A DNA stretch of 63,530 nucleotides, filler included, from Octopus bimaculoides (Eukaryota), in NCBI RefSeq assembly GCF_001194135.2. It is 4 parts of 4 records of this genome, joined end to end, with 100 filler letters (N's around TTAATTAATTAA, not from the genome) between each part and the next. Parts side by side here need not be neighbours in the genome. Positions count along the whole stretch, not along the records: positions 1 to 26,557 come from NC_068996.1; 3 more parts are not named here. One strand, 5' to 3'. Under the pieces are notes generated by a model that was given only the letters and a program-made list of their open reading frames with translations, did no database searches and was not told where the DNA came from. The stretch's first letter is position 1, and every line of letters starts with the position of its first letter. Below, piece by piece: positions 1 through 11,854 of this stretch. The position numbers and the translations under genes were made by a program.

Positions 1-310
1 GTTGGATGTTCTAGAGTTGGAGATGAAAAGAACCTCTACATTCTCAGTGATAAACATGGCAAGACAGAAAACATAGTATATGAAGAAGCACTTACATGAA
101 TAGTATGTACATGTCATATACAAAAGTGTAAAACAATTGAGTGTTAAAGTAAGTATTACTATTACACTTTCACTTTTCGACTGACATGCGTCAATGTATA
201 TCTGTGTATATAACAGTGAAACAATAACGTGGTATATTCGCTGTGTGAATTTTTTTCATTTAATCCCCATTTTAATTATCGTAAAAGTTTCCAAGTACCA
301 ATAAGCAACA

Positions 311-346
311 ATTTCATTCCCAGGCAATGCTGGGTGGCTCTGCTAG
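311..346 (+). mobile_element. Helitron-like 3' terminus (hairpin + CTAG)
   Basis: Hairpin CCCAG-gcaatg-CTGGG (319-334), 8 nt spacer, then CTAG (343-346) followed by T, matching the Helitron 3' end rule; 5' end not located. Confidence 0.45.
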
Positions 347-852
347 TATTAAATATAAATAACACCAATAACATGGTCATGGGGAAAATACCTGAAATGG
401 GGTGAGGTTCAGAGTATTAAAACTACAAATGTAAGATAGGATCTTATACATGTGATGTAGTGTGGTAAAAAAACATTTTGTGATTGAGATTGTCCTTGCT
501 ATTAATAGGCAACGACTCCCTCAAGAGGTGTTTAAAATTTTAAAGATCAACAAGGAAGAGAAATAACACCAATACAATTAGTTGACTGAAATGTTTGTAC
601 AAGAGTTGTAAGAAAGTGAGAACTAGTCTTGTAAAAGAGTGGAATTGGCATAGAGAGCCAAATGATGAAAGTAACAGATGTTTTCAGTGTTTGTAAGGGT
701 TGTGTCATTCACCCCAGTAAAATATATTCTCTTTAGTTGGCAACATTAAATTAGTGTTGTTTGGTTAAATACTTGCAATAAAGAAAAATTGGATTTAATG
801 CAGTTGCTGGAAGTAAATAAGGGTCTCTTAAATTGGCACAGAGTCATAAAAA

Positions 853-1010
853 TTAGAGGAGGAGGAGAAGGTGGAGAATAAGGGAAGGAAAAGAGGAGAA
901 AGGAGAAAAAGGTAAGGAAGATGAAGAAGAGGGAAAGGAAGAATAACAACAAGAGAAGAAAGAGGAAGAATCGGAGAAAGGAAAATGCAGAAGAAGAGGG
1001 TGAGTGGGAG
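853..1010. repeat. GA-rich low-complexity tract
   Basis: Nearly pure purine gag/gaa/aag runs on the + strand. Confidence 0.8.
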
Positions 1011-1280
1011 CTGATTGAGACAAAAATACCATCATGTTCAGAGCAAATTTAATAATTCCCTTCTCTCATAATTTAAACTCCTCATTGCTGTAAAGCTGAA
1101 TCCTACCCTTCATTTGCCTTAGGTTTCATGGTCTTGCAAGCATGAAAAAAACAAAACAGTATCCAGTTCACTCAGCAAAGCAGTTGGCATTAGGAAAGGA
1201 AAACACATAGAAACCATTCCAAAGCAGACATTGGAGCATGATGTCCTTATATAATAAGGACATTATATGAATGATGATGA

Positions 1281-1498
1281 TAATCCTTTCTACTATAGGC
1301 ACAAGGTCTGAAATTTCAGGGGAGGGAGTAAGTCGATTACATCGACCCCAGTCTCAACTGGTACTTATTTTATTGACCCCAAAAGGATAAAAGACAAAGT
1401 CAACCTCAGCGGAAATTCAAACTCAGAACATAGCATTGGACGAAATGCTGCTAAGCATTTTGCCTGGCATGCTAACGACTCTGCCAGCTTGCCACCTT
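1281..1498 (-). mobile_element. tRNA-derived SINE family A (Meta-domain-like core)
   Basis: Minus strand has A-box-like TGGCAGAGTCGTTAGC, B-box GAGTTTGAATTTCC, core GACTTTGTCTTTTATCCTTTTGGGGTCAATAAAATAAGTACCAG and tail CCTTGTGCCTATAGTAGAAAGGATTA; many copies in the window; flanked by (ATC/ATT)n on both sides. Confidence 0.85.
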
Positions 1499-1604
1499 GA
1501 TGATGATAATACTAATGATGACAGAATGGTAAAATGAGTGGATCTTAATAGTAAAGTCTACTTCAGAAGGATCTGAATTCAGAATTTAAAAGAATTTAAG
1601 GATA

Positions 1605-1758
1605 CAGGGATGGCTGTGTGGTAAGACAAGATATCTGCTTCATAACAAGGTTCTAGGTTCAATTGCACCATTGTGCCACCTTTGACAACTATCTTCTACA
1701 ATGGCCTTAAATTGACCAATGCCTTGTGAAAGGAATTTGTTAGATGGAAACTTTGTAA

Positions 1759-1760
<2 letters not shown>
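1605..1760 (+). mobile_element. tRNA-derived SINE family B/C, head portion
   Basis: GGCTGTGTGGTAAG...GGTTCAATTGCACC...GCCTTGTGAAAGGAATTTG...GGAAACT matches the other B/C copies; runs into (TG)n. Confidence 0.7.
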
Positions 1761-1803
<43 letters not shown>

Positions 1804-1826
1804 TGTGTGTGTGTTTGTGTGTGTTT
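1761..1826. repeat. (TG)n microsatellite
   Basis: Direct inspection. Confidence 0.95.
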
Positions 1827-2461
1827 GTTGTATTCGTTTGATTGATGTCTTTTTTCCATGCTGGCTCCAGTTGGATGACAACATATTTAAAACTGGATTT
1901 TCATGTAATTTGGGTTAATATCTACAGATGGATGCCCTTCGTCATGCCAACTACTTTACAACCAGAGAGGTTGAACAGTCATAGGTGAGACAGGACAAGA
2001 GGAGGCCATACACTTCCTCTGTTCATTTAGCCAACCACATTAATGTGAACAATATGGTGGTGGTGTTGGGTGGGTGAGTCTTATACACAAAGTAAATATA
2101 CAAAAGGGAACAATGATAAGAAGGCCAGAAATTGTTATTTGAAAGTTGCAGGAGTGATAAGCAGAGTAAATGTAGATATAGAGAGCACATACTAATATAT
2201 TGGGGAATGTATGCTTAAACAGGTAACCAGGGAGGCAGAATCAGAGGACGGAAAAGGAAGAACATCATCATTCAGTGTTTTAAATCCAGGTTTTGCTCCC
2301 ATTAATGGTGGTGGCTGGATCTACCTCAATGCCATAGCAACTGCCCTCACACTATCGCCTCGTTTTGGGCATCCTCCTTATACAGTTTTGAGCGAACCAA
2401 AGATTTGCAAGCGGATTTAGTAGACAGAAACTGAAAGAAGGCTGTCAAATATATATACATG

Positions 2462-2875
2462 TCATGAGGCTGACTCGAAAGCTGGCCTCACATAGTCAAA
2501 GTGGAGTTCCTTTTGAGCTTTGGGCCTCATGGAGGCAAAGTGGCTGAGTTCCTTTCGAGTGTTGGGCTTCATGGAGGTAATGGCCAAAACCTTTATGTCG
2601 TGCTTAAGAAAACCCATCAGGCTGAGTAAAATTGCAGTCGTGACAGATACCGGTGTCATGCAAATGGCATCCATGCTAGTGGAACGTAAAAGTACTTATT
2701 ACACTCTCAGAGTGGTTGGCGTTAGGAAGGGCATCCAGTCGTAGAAAACCATGCCAAATCAGACTAGAGTCTGATGCAGCCTTCCAGTGTGCCAGCCCAG
2801 TCAAACTGTACAACCCATGCCAGCATGGACAACAGACGTTAAATGATGATGATGATGATGATATGCAAATGTGTG
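2462..2875 (+). mobile_element. SINE-like retroposon family E with RTE-type tail
   Basis: GTGGTTGGCGTTAGGAAGGGCATCCAG...CAACCCATGCCAGCATGG...GACGTTAAA(TGA)n; related copies at 4157-4370, 7495-7670, 19440-19620 and 20270-20492. Confidence 0.75.
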
Positions 2876-2879
2876 TGTA

Positions 2880-3085
2880 TTCATGTTTGCCCTGCTGCTT
2901 GACAACTGGTGTTGGTTTGCTTATGTCCCCAAAACTTAGCAATTCAGTAAAAAGAGACTGATAGAAAAAGTACCAGGCTCGAAAAGAAAATAAGTATCGG
3001 GGGTCGATTTGTTTGGCTAAATCCTTCAAGGTGGTGCCCCAGCATGGCTGCAGTGCAATGATTGAAATAAATAAAAGATAAAAGA
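2880..3085 (+). mobile_element. SINE family B/C, 3' body
   Basis: TTGACAACTGGTGTTGGTTTG...GGGGTCGATTTG...GGTGCCCCAGCATGGCTGCAGT...TGAAATAAATAAAAGATAAAAGA. Confidence 0.75.
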
Positions 3086-3152
3086 TTATTATTGGCCCTA
3101 TCATGTCACTGCATGCTGTATTTGGATACACCTATACCACACACCAAATTAC

Positions 3153-3244
3153 ATAAATGTTTTCTTTAAATACAGGAAGGTCAGACCATGAAGAAGACAT
3201 TGCAAATGATGGCAGTGGGGAAGGGGGGGAGTTTCCTGCTTCAA
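3153..3244 (-). CDS. Possible internal exon (EAGNSPPSPLPSFAMSSSWSDLPVFKENIY)
   Basis: Minus-strand aacag| acceptor (weak pyrimidine tract), 92 nt open in phase 1 to 0, |gtaatt donor; not linked by phase to the other exons without an unseen intermediate exon. Confidence 0.22.
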
Positions 3245-4124
3245 CTGTTCAGATTAATTATATTTTATAAAATAAATTATATTCCATTACATTATGTAAA
3301 TGTGTTTCTTTATTGGCCACAAGAAACATTAATCAGAGAAATAGTGATGCCAATGAAATTGATAGTCCAGTATATGACTGGTACTGCAAATACTAATATC
3401 GGAACAAGAAAATGATGAAGTTGACTCTAACAGTATCTGAACATGCTAAGCCAGTAGGTTTGTAACTACGCAAACTCCAGTCTACTGCATTTACCCTATT
3501 GCTTCCTAACTTCATTGCATTAACAATTGGCAAATAGCCAATTAATAAAGTATTAAAAAAAACCAAAAAAAAAACCGGTCAGCATCATAATGACGACCCA
3601 TTTTTTCAGAGTTAGGGGAAGAGTACGACACTAGAATGTTGAAGTACAGCATAAGCTAATTGAAAATCACTGTAGTAAGAAATCTATTTCTGTTCTGTCC
3701 ATTGGAGAAACAACAACAGCAACAATAAAAATAGGAATAAGCTGGAGGAAGGGGAGAAATGGTGATGATGATATAATTATATTAATAATGATAATAATAA
3801 TTAGAAAAACAAATAAGGAAAAATATCGACCGATATATTCATTCACTCATTCTTGATTTGAATTGATGCAAAGAAAGGGTTGTTAGGAGGAGGGGAGATG
3901 GAGATGGGAATGTCAGTTTCCAATCATTGAACTTTCATACATATCTCAGCCATCTGCCATACTTCATTTGATCAGTAGCCTAGCCTATGTGTGTGTGTGT
4001 GTGTGTGCATGTGTGCGCACACATGTGATTATATAAGGTTGTATATATATATATNNNNNNNNNNTATATATATAAATTTATATGTATGTATACATATATG
4101 TGTCTTTTGTTTTCTGTAATTTTG

Positions 4125-4156
<32 letters not shown>

Positions 4157-4158
<2 letters not shown>

Positions 4159-4370
4159 TCATCATTTAGCATCTGCTTTCCATACTGGCATGGGTTAGAT
4201 GATTTGACTGAAGCTGGTAAGCTGGGGAGCTGCAACAAGTTCCAATCTGATTTGGCAGGGTTTCTATGGCTATATGCCCTTCCTAATACCAACCACTCCA
4301 AGAATGTAATGGGTGTTTTTTATGTGTCACCAGCACAAGTGCCAGTTACATGATACTAGTACTGGCCACA
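4157..4370 (-). mobile_element. SINE family E copy
   Basis: CATCATCATTTAGCATCTGCTTTCCATACTGGCATGGGTT...CCTTCCTAATACCAACCACTCC is the reverse complement of the 2462-2875 family tail. Confidence 0.75.
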
Positions 4371-4446
4371 GTGTTAAATCCTTAAATATTTCACATAAAA
4401 ACATATTCTACAATTTTTATTTTAATTAAATTTCAAAATAATAATA

Positions 4447-4655
4447 ATAATCCTTTCAAGGCCTGGAATTTGTGGGGAAGGGGACCAGTTGATTACATTG
4501 ACCCCAGTGTTTCACTAGTACTTAATTTATTGAGCCTGAAAGGATAAAAGGCAAAGTTGACCTTGGCAGAATTTGAACTCAGAATGTAGAGACAGACGAA
4601 ATACCACTAAGCATTTTGCCTGGATGGGTTAACAATTCTGCCAGCTCACTGCCTT
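4447..4655 (-). mobile_element. SINE family A copy
   Basis: Same head/core/tail as 1281-1498, CpG-eroded, (AAT)n on both sides. Confidence 0.85.
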
Positions 4656-4676
4656 AATAATAATAATAACAATAAT

Positions 4677-4686
<10 letters not shown>

Positions 4687-4739
<53 letters not shown>

Positions 4740-4749
4740 NNNNNNNNNN

Positions 4750-4796
<47 letters not shown>
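4687..4796. repeat. (TG)n microsatellite spanning a small gap
   Basis: Direct inspection. Confidence 0.95.
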
Positions 4797-4803
<7 letters not shown>

Positions 4804-5901
4804 ATGTGCGTGTGTGTGTACATATATATATACATGCATGTACACATATTCATTCATACATACATGTTTGTATGTATATGTATGTTAATTTTGCCTGGTG
4901 ATTGCAATTGCATGAAACTTGAGTCACAAGAAACTCTCAGCTTCAGTTTTAATTAAAATATAAAAAAAACTATATACAATCTTACTGGCTTTTGTCACTG
5001 CTCATTGGCCATGCTGGAGCATCACCTTCAAAGAGTTATAGTTAATTATATCTGCCACCCCAATATTTAACCAGTACTTTATCTACTTTGGAAGAATAAA
5101 ATGCAAAGTCAACCTGGGTGAAATTAAAATTCAGGTCATAAAAGGATATAAAACAAATATGTTTATTATATATTAATTCAAATAATGCAAAATCACATTT
5201 ATTGTAAAGTTGATTTACTAATTCTACTAATATAGGTGTGGTTAGATCTCAGAATAAATGTAAACCATTTAACAACAAAAAAAAAGTAGTTTTTTGTAAA
5301 TTTTCTGTTTCCAATAAGAAAACATATGGAACCACTGCAAGATCACTTAACTTGTTAGATATAGCAGCTACATATCTCTCTTAATTCACATCCCATAGGC
5401 TTACTTCAACAGGGTGTAATACATTAAATAATCCACAAAATTATCCAGTGTCTTTCCAAGAACAACTTTGACCACCCTTTTGAATTCAATACTTTTATCA
5501 CTTGTGGACATGCTTACAAAAATCAAAAATACAGTGCAGAAATCATGACTTTCAGAAGCATTATTTTGTTGCTCACAATTGTTGAAGTATGGAATAAACT
5601 ATGAATGTAAATTGTTAACTGTCAAGGCATTACATCCTTTATAAAATTCCATGTTTCTCAAAATTCACGAATACTACAGACATGCCTACTAACTTAACCC
5701 TCTCTATGGATCTTTTGCAACTCATTTTTCTCTATTTTTGTGTTTTATTCTGTGCACTGTGTAAGTACTTCAAGCATTCATTGCTGAATTTTATCACTTG
5801 TCTGCTTCTGTCCCCTCTTTTACTCTTTTCTGATAAGCTGTAGAGCACCCCTGAACATTGCGGTCAATATGCTCATTATTATTATTATTATTATTATTAT
5901 T

Positions 5902-6329
5902 CAGTAGTTTTATTTTTATAACGTGCTTTCACTTCACTACCGAGCGCAGCTCTGTGCGCCTTGGGTATGTGCTGTGGTTTGCTGTGGTGCTCTTATGTTT
6001 ACTGTATTGAAAGTGTTTTGTGTAGAATGTGTGCAGTACCCAGTAGTGCAATTTTCTGTATGTTATATATATTTGTAAGTCCTGGTGTTTTTGTTATGTA
6101 TTTGTCTGAATACTTTTTTATTATACCTAAGGCACCTACTATGATAGGAATTGTTTCTGTTTTTAGATTCCACATTCGAGTTATCTCTATTTCCAGGTCT
6201 TTGTATTTTGAAAGTTTTTCCATTTCTTTTAGAGAAACGTTGTCATCTGCTGGTATTGATACATCAATTAGAAAGCATTTTTTTTCTTCATGATCTTTGA
6301 CAACTATATCTGGTCTATTTGCCTTAATT
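5902..6329 (-). mobile_element. 5'-truncated R4/Dong-clade non-LTR retrotransposon (restriction-like endonuclease C-terminus + 3' UTR)
   Basis: KANRPDIVVKDHEEKKCFLIDVSIP...KLSKYKDLEIEI..MW..KTETIPIIVGALG is the PD-(D/E)xK RLE signature; stop at 5999, about 100-nt 3' UTR with a GCGCA/TGCGC stem (5944-5959); (AAT)n on both flanks. Confidence 0.85.
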
Positions 6330-6349
6330 TTATTATTATTATTATTATT

Positions 6350-6570
6350 AAGGTGGTGAGTTGGCAGAACTGTTAGTACACGGGGAAAAATGCTTAGCAG
6401 CATTTCATCCATCTTTACATTCTGAGTTCAAATTCTGCCAGGGTCGACTTTACCTTTCATCCTTCTGAGGTTGATAAAATGATAAAATAAGTACCAGTCA
6501 AGCACTGGGATCTATGTAAACAACTAAGCCCCTTCCCTGAAATCACTCGCCTTGTACCAAAATTCGAAAT
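6350..6570 (+). mobile_element. SINE family A copy
   Basis: AAGGTGGTGAGTTGGCAGAACTGTTAG...GAGTTCAAATTC...GGTCGACTTTACCTTTCATCC; (ATT)n on both sides. Confidence 0.85.
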
Positions 6571-8021
6571 TATTATTATTATTATTCAATCCTAGATACA
6601 CTGTTTCTGAAAACAATTGGCAGTTAATAACAACTGGAGTACTTTTGATCATAGAATTGATTTATCAAAGAATTAATTAACCCTAACAGAAAACACAGTA
6701 AGATTACCTCAAACTTTTAATACTGCCTCACCAAAGACTGCTGCTGATTCCCTGTTACCATATCATCTCTAAACTGACCGTATTTAACTGGCTACTATCT
6801 TAATCAAAATCTAATTATTACCCGATTGTTAATGGAAAATTTCAAGATGTAAAATCATTGTTTGCTTTACTGAAGAAATCTCTCACTTCACTTCAAATAT
6901 CTACTTATTTACTCATCTATTCACCTCTTTTAATAATTGTTTCTCATAAAAATGAAATTATTGTACCCACTTCCAACTTCCATACATTGGATTCTATTTC
7001 TGTAACACAATCCCGAATGTATCCTTGATGTTCTGGTATATATATAATCAGATGAACTTTTCTTCTCTATTATATATCTCTATGTGAATATACAATTCTA
7101 TTGTATAATGCTAAAGATGCATTGATGTAAAAACGTACATATTTAATTTAGAATGTTAAAATTAATAATACTACACGGAAATGATTACAAAACAACTGTA
7201 ATCATATGGAACTAATAAATCTGTAGTCATCTCTCATACATCCTGATTTTATGATTGATTTAAAGATTTTATTTACTCCTCAAGGAAATATTAACTATTT
7301 GTATATCCTGGATTGTCAGTAATATGAACAAACTACATCATAATTCAATTATTATGTGAACCGATAGCTGGTTCTTTGTGGAAGTGCTTACTGTAGGTTC
7401 TGCTTGATTATCTGAATCCAATTTTCTACTTCAGTAGTAATTTATCTATTTACTCATTTATTTATCAATGAAATAATGATAGATATACCATTATCACCAT
7501 CATCACTTAACATCTATCTTCCAGGTTGGCATGGGTTGGATAGTTTGACAGGAACTGGTTAGTTAGAGGACTGTGCCAAGCTCCACTGTCTGCTATGGCA
7601 TTTTTTTTTTTTTGTTTCTGTTTTTGGCTGGATGCCTTTCTGAACATCAACTATTATACAAAAAGGGTTGGTGTATTTGACTAGTTCCCTCCCTCCAAAA
7701 TTTCAGGCTCTGTGCCTATAGCAGAAAGAATTATTAGTTTTATCATTATTATTACTATTAACATCACTATTAGCTGGGGTAGCAGTTCCTCACAGAAATA
7801 ACCCCTAGTCTGAAAGCTTGACTGTTTTGCAACTTAATTGAAACAGTAAGGTAATAAACTTTAATTACATATTAGGAGATTAAATAGTTTTACAGAATTA
7901 TTATGTAATTTCCTCATTAATTCTAACTTCTCCCAAACCACTTTTTATTAATGTTGTTGTTGGCATCTGTTTGTCTTGAGAGACAATGAAGTTGTGCATA
8001 AAGTAATCCAGTCTGGTTTTT

Positions 8022-8338
8022 ACATTTCATGTCCTCTCTAGTTTTGCACAGGCCTGGGCTAGATGTAAGAAAATCCTGGGTAGCCCAATCGTCAGGATTC
8101 CTCTCTCGACCTTGCTGACATAGTCCAAAGGAGTGCAGAGCATTACGTTTGACACCAGCTTGGTTGCAGGAGCTGCCAGAAGAGTGTTGAGTTGAACACT
8201 AAACTGCCTACGAGGCTCCACTTGGGATTTCTTTGAAGGTTGTCTCCTTTCCGTAACCCTGGATAGGGGCCCACACCAGTTACTGTTAGCCAGAGCCAGC
8301 TGAACCCGGTACTCGTGTCAAGCAGCGTCGTCACTCCC
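8022..8338 (-). mobile_element. Non-autonomous RTE-like retroposon
   Basis: GC-richer island with sharp edges; minus-strand 3' end GAGAGGACATGAAATG resembles the family E tail GGACGTTAAATG. Confidence 0.45.
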
Positions 8339-8545
8339 TGAAGTAGTGAAGAAAATTGCTACCCACTACTAATGTTACATATCAAAAAATCATTACAATT
8401 AGGTAGCATACAGTTACTGAAGTACCTAAAAGTGTTTGTTGTTTAAACCTGATTGAATAGGTCTATTGATTGAATAGGTCTATAACCAAAGAGTTCCTAC
8501 TCACGACCATTCCATTGTTTTAGGATATCTAAGAATTCATGATTC

Positions 8546-8905
8546 AACATCTTTTATCTTTTGTTTCAGTCATTAAACTGTGGTCATGCTGGGGCACCAG
8601 CTTGAAGAAATTTTAGTTGAATGAATTAACTCCAAAACTTATTTTTTAAGGCCCATTAGTTATTCTATAAGTGTCTTTTGCCAGACTATGTTACAGAGAT
8701 GTAAACACACCAACATCAAGCAATGGTGGGGGATAAACACAAACACACAACATGTTTCTCTCAGTTTCTGTCTACCAAATCCATTCACAAAGTTTTGGTT
8801 GGCTCAAGGCTACAGTAGAAGTCACTTGCCCAAGGTACCATGTAGTGCGACTGAACCCAGAACCATGTGGCTGGGAAGCAAACTTCTTACCACACAGCCA
8901 CACTT
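8546..8905 (-). mobile_element. Composite SINE family B/C (head + internal simple repeat + body)
   Basis: TTTATCTTTTGTTTCAGTCATT...CTGGGGCACC...CAAACACACAAC...CCCAAGGTACCATGTAGTGCGACTGAACCCAGAACCATGTGG...CTTACCACACAGCCAC. Confidence 0.8.
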
Positions 8906-9060
8906 GCACCTACAATACATGTTTTCATTAAAAACTGCAAGCTGTGATTTGTGTAATTTGGTTGCTATTTCTGCACAAAATTTGAGAGGAAGAGTTTCTT
9001 TTTTATCGATAATTTATTTCTAATATAATTATAATGATTTGAACACGTAGTAGTAATAAT

Positions 9061-9886
9061 AATTCTTTCTACTATAGGCACAAGGCCTGAAAGTTGGGGA
9101 GAGGGGGGCAGTTGATTAGATTGACCCCAGTATGCAATTGGTACTTAATTTATCTATCCCGAAAGGATGAAAGAGACGGTCAACTTTGGTGGAATTTGAA
9201 CTTAGAACGTAGCGATAGACGAGATACTGCTAAGCATATTGCCCAGTGTGCTAACGATCCTGCCAGCTTGCCACCTTGATGATAATAATTATTATTTCAA
9301 ATTTTTGGCACAAGAGCAGCTTGGGAGAGGTGGGGATGAGTCAATTACATCAACCTCAGTGTTCTGCTGGTACTTATTCTATTGATCCTGAAAGGATGAA
9401 AGGCAAAGTCAACTTCAACAAAATTTGAACTCAGAATGTAGCGATGGGTGAAATACCGCTAAGCATTTCATCCAGAATCTGCTAGCTTGCCACCCTTATG
9501 ATAATAATAATAATAATATTAATGGTTTCAAATTATAGGTACAAAGTGAGCAAGTTCAGGGGAGGTGCAAGTCAGTTACAACAATCTTGGTGTTTTACTG
9601 GTACTCATCAATCCCCGAAAGGATGAAAGACATCCTTGGTAGCATTTGAACTCAGAATGCAAAGATGGCAATGATTCTGTCAGCTTGAATAATAACAATA
9701 CTAATGCTTTCTATTATAGGCACAAGGCCTGAAATTTGGGGGATGGGGATAGCCAATTACATTGACCCCAGTACTCAACTGATACTTGTGGGCCTCAGCG
9801 GAATTTGAACTCAGAATGTAAAGACTGGTAAAATACGGCTAAGCGTTTTGCCTGGCATGCTAACAATTCTGTTAGCTCACCGCCTA
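9061..9886 (-). mobile_element. Head-to-tail array of four SINE family A copies (about 9061-9277, 9295-9497, 9525-9690, 9703-9886)
   Basis: Each copy shows the GAAAGGATGAAA / ATTTGAACTCAGAA signature, all in the same orientation, separated by (AAT/GAT)n spacers. Confidence 0.85.

Positions 9887-9937
<51 letters not shown>
9887..9937. repeat. (AAT)n microsatellite
   Basis: Direct inspection. Confidence 0.95.
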
Positions 9938-10126
9938 TCAAGCAGATATATAATGAGGATTACAATACAATATAAATTGTGAAAATTAAAATATGTCTAA
10001 AACCCTTAAAATAACTTCAGATATCCAACATTTTTAGAATGATTTAGATTTCTACAAGAGATCAGCATTAAATCATTTTAAGATTGTGTAGTAAAACACA
10101 TTTTTGTCACAACATAACTCATCTGA

Positions 10127-10175
<49 letters not shown>

Positions 10176-10247
10176 CATACATACATGTGTGTGTGTGTGA
10201 ATGTAGAATGATATGAAAGTAGGTGCAAACCATATCATAATGTTTAC

Positions 10248-10304
10248 CAGTGTATACAGCAAAGGTTGCTTTTCTCCAGTTGCTTGTCTCTTCTTCATGA
10301 GGCT
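10248..10304 (-). CDS. Candidate exon of minus-strand gene A (SLMKKRQATGEKQPLLYTL, phase 0-0)
   Basis: ttttggtag| acceptor, 57 nt, CTG|GTAAAC donor; phase-compatible with the 11824-11854 exon. A second frame is also open. Confidence 0.35.
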
Positions 10305-10658
10305 CTACCAAAACATTAACCCAATCCTTACACCTTACAACCAGCCCCTGTCTCTTCTCAAATTCCTTTCTTGCAACCACTGACCTTCAAGAATTCTCAC
10401 CACTACTAAATTATGCCAAACTCACTCAGCCATTCTTATCTAAAATTTATGAGACTAAAAAGACAGCCAATTAAACTTAAAATTTTCTATTTTAAATTTA
10501 AATTAAAAGAAAAAAAAGATAGCAGCTTTTCCAACTCAAGAGATGTTTAAATCAAATTCACATTTCTATATTATTATTATTATGTCAAAAACAAATCTAA
10601 TATCCACATACAAACACCGTGTGGACATTCAGCTATACTTCTGATACAAAAAGAAATT

Positions 10659-10809
10659 ATCTTTATGTGGTACTTAAGATATACAAACATGCTACTTAAG
10701 TTTCATGGAAATGGAAGCAACTTATATTTGCACTCTGCATAGAGTGCAAATAACTGCTTACTATGAACTTAAGTAGCATGGTTGTGTATTTCAAGTACAG
10801 TATAAAGAT
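10659..10809. repeat. About 150-bp imperfect palindrome (decayed MITE/foldback)
   Basis: ATTTGCACTCT-GCAT-AGAGTGCAAAT core; CATGCTACTTAAGTT / AACTTAAGTAGCATG and ATCTTTAT / ATAAAGAT arms. Confidence 0.85.
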
Positions 10810-11823
10810 CAAACACACAGTTTCATCAGATGAATATTTTGTATATAACCTAACATATTACATTATATATATATATAGTACCATAATCTTACTGTACCGT
10901 ATATAACATTAATATTATTAATCTGTAATTGATAATGTCATAAGATTAGCATGTACAGTGTCATAAGAGTATTATATCTTATAGAACTATCATTGGATTA
11001 TATCATATATAACACTATATAACATTATATCATATATAACAACACATTATATCTGTACCATAAAAGAATTGTATCAAAAGAATTTTATGTCATTAATAAC
11101 ATCATAACATTATTATTATTATTACATCATATATAACTTCATAGAATTATTATATCAAAAATAATGTCAAAATTATTGTCATAGCTATAGCATCATTCTA
11201 AGATTAAATTGCAACTTCAGATAGTGACACAGAAACAGAATTTATAAATAATTCTTCATAATTTGGCTGTAATTTACACAAATATTTTTGACAAGGTATT
11301 AAGTCACTATTAATTGTTAAAATTGAATCCAAGTATATTACTGGTATTAACTTAAACATATCATGACCTCATTTCTAACAAAATGTACTGCTTATGTTTC
11401 AATAAATTTTATAAATAAAGAATTTGGAGAGAGTTAGTAAACTAATTTATTTTTACTTTAAATAATGTGAAACATAATTAGTTTACTAATTAATGTTTAC
11501 ATTAAGCTGATGTTAGAACATAGAATATTTTACATGAATGGTGGAAGATTTTAATTAAAATATAACCACTCCAACACCAGCAGTTTTCTATGATAGAACT
11601 GGAAGTGGTTGTCTCTGGTGGATTGGTTAAAATAACAACTTTGAAGGAATAAAAAGATACAATTGAGATCCCAGTGGATTTTTGAAGTTTGAAAACAATG
11701 AATGTCCAGAAGCAGCTAGCCATAAAATATCAGTTATTCTATATCTTTGTGAATATTTTATAGTGAAACCACAGAACTGAACAAAACTGTTGATGGTCTG
11801 CAGTGCCGGCAAATTATAAATAC

Positions 11824-11854
11824 CAAAAGTTTACAGAGAGGAATACGTTTTTCC
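11824..11854 (-). CDS. Candidate 31-nt exon of gene A ((R)EKRIPLCKLL, phase 2-0)
   Basis: Strong acceptor attcatctctttgtcctcag|, donor TTG|GTATTT; phase matches the 17544-17601 exon end. Confidence 0.4.

Noticed and set aside
6350-6450. tRNA-like A and B boxes
   Set aside because: They belong to SINE heads; no cloverleaf tRNA gene is present.
5518-7440. Several GTAAGC/GTGAGG donors on the minus strand (about 5517, 6735, 7390)
   Set aside because: Upstream acceptors are weak or force stops; cannot be supported without transcripts.
7890-8020. Open minus-strand frame VKTRLDYFMHNFIVSQDK...EEIT*
   Set aside because: No usable acceptor in the required phase; 40 open codons is within chance.
9061-9937. 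Regularly spaced repeats superficially like a CRISPR array
   Set aside because: Units are about 200-bp diverged SINE copies with microsatellite spacers; no short identical repeats, no cas genes, eukaryotic context.
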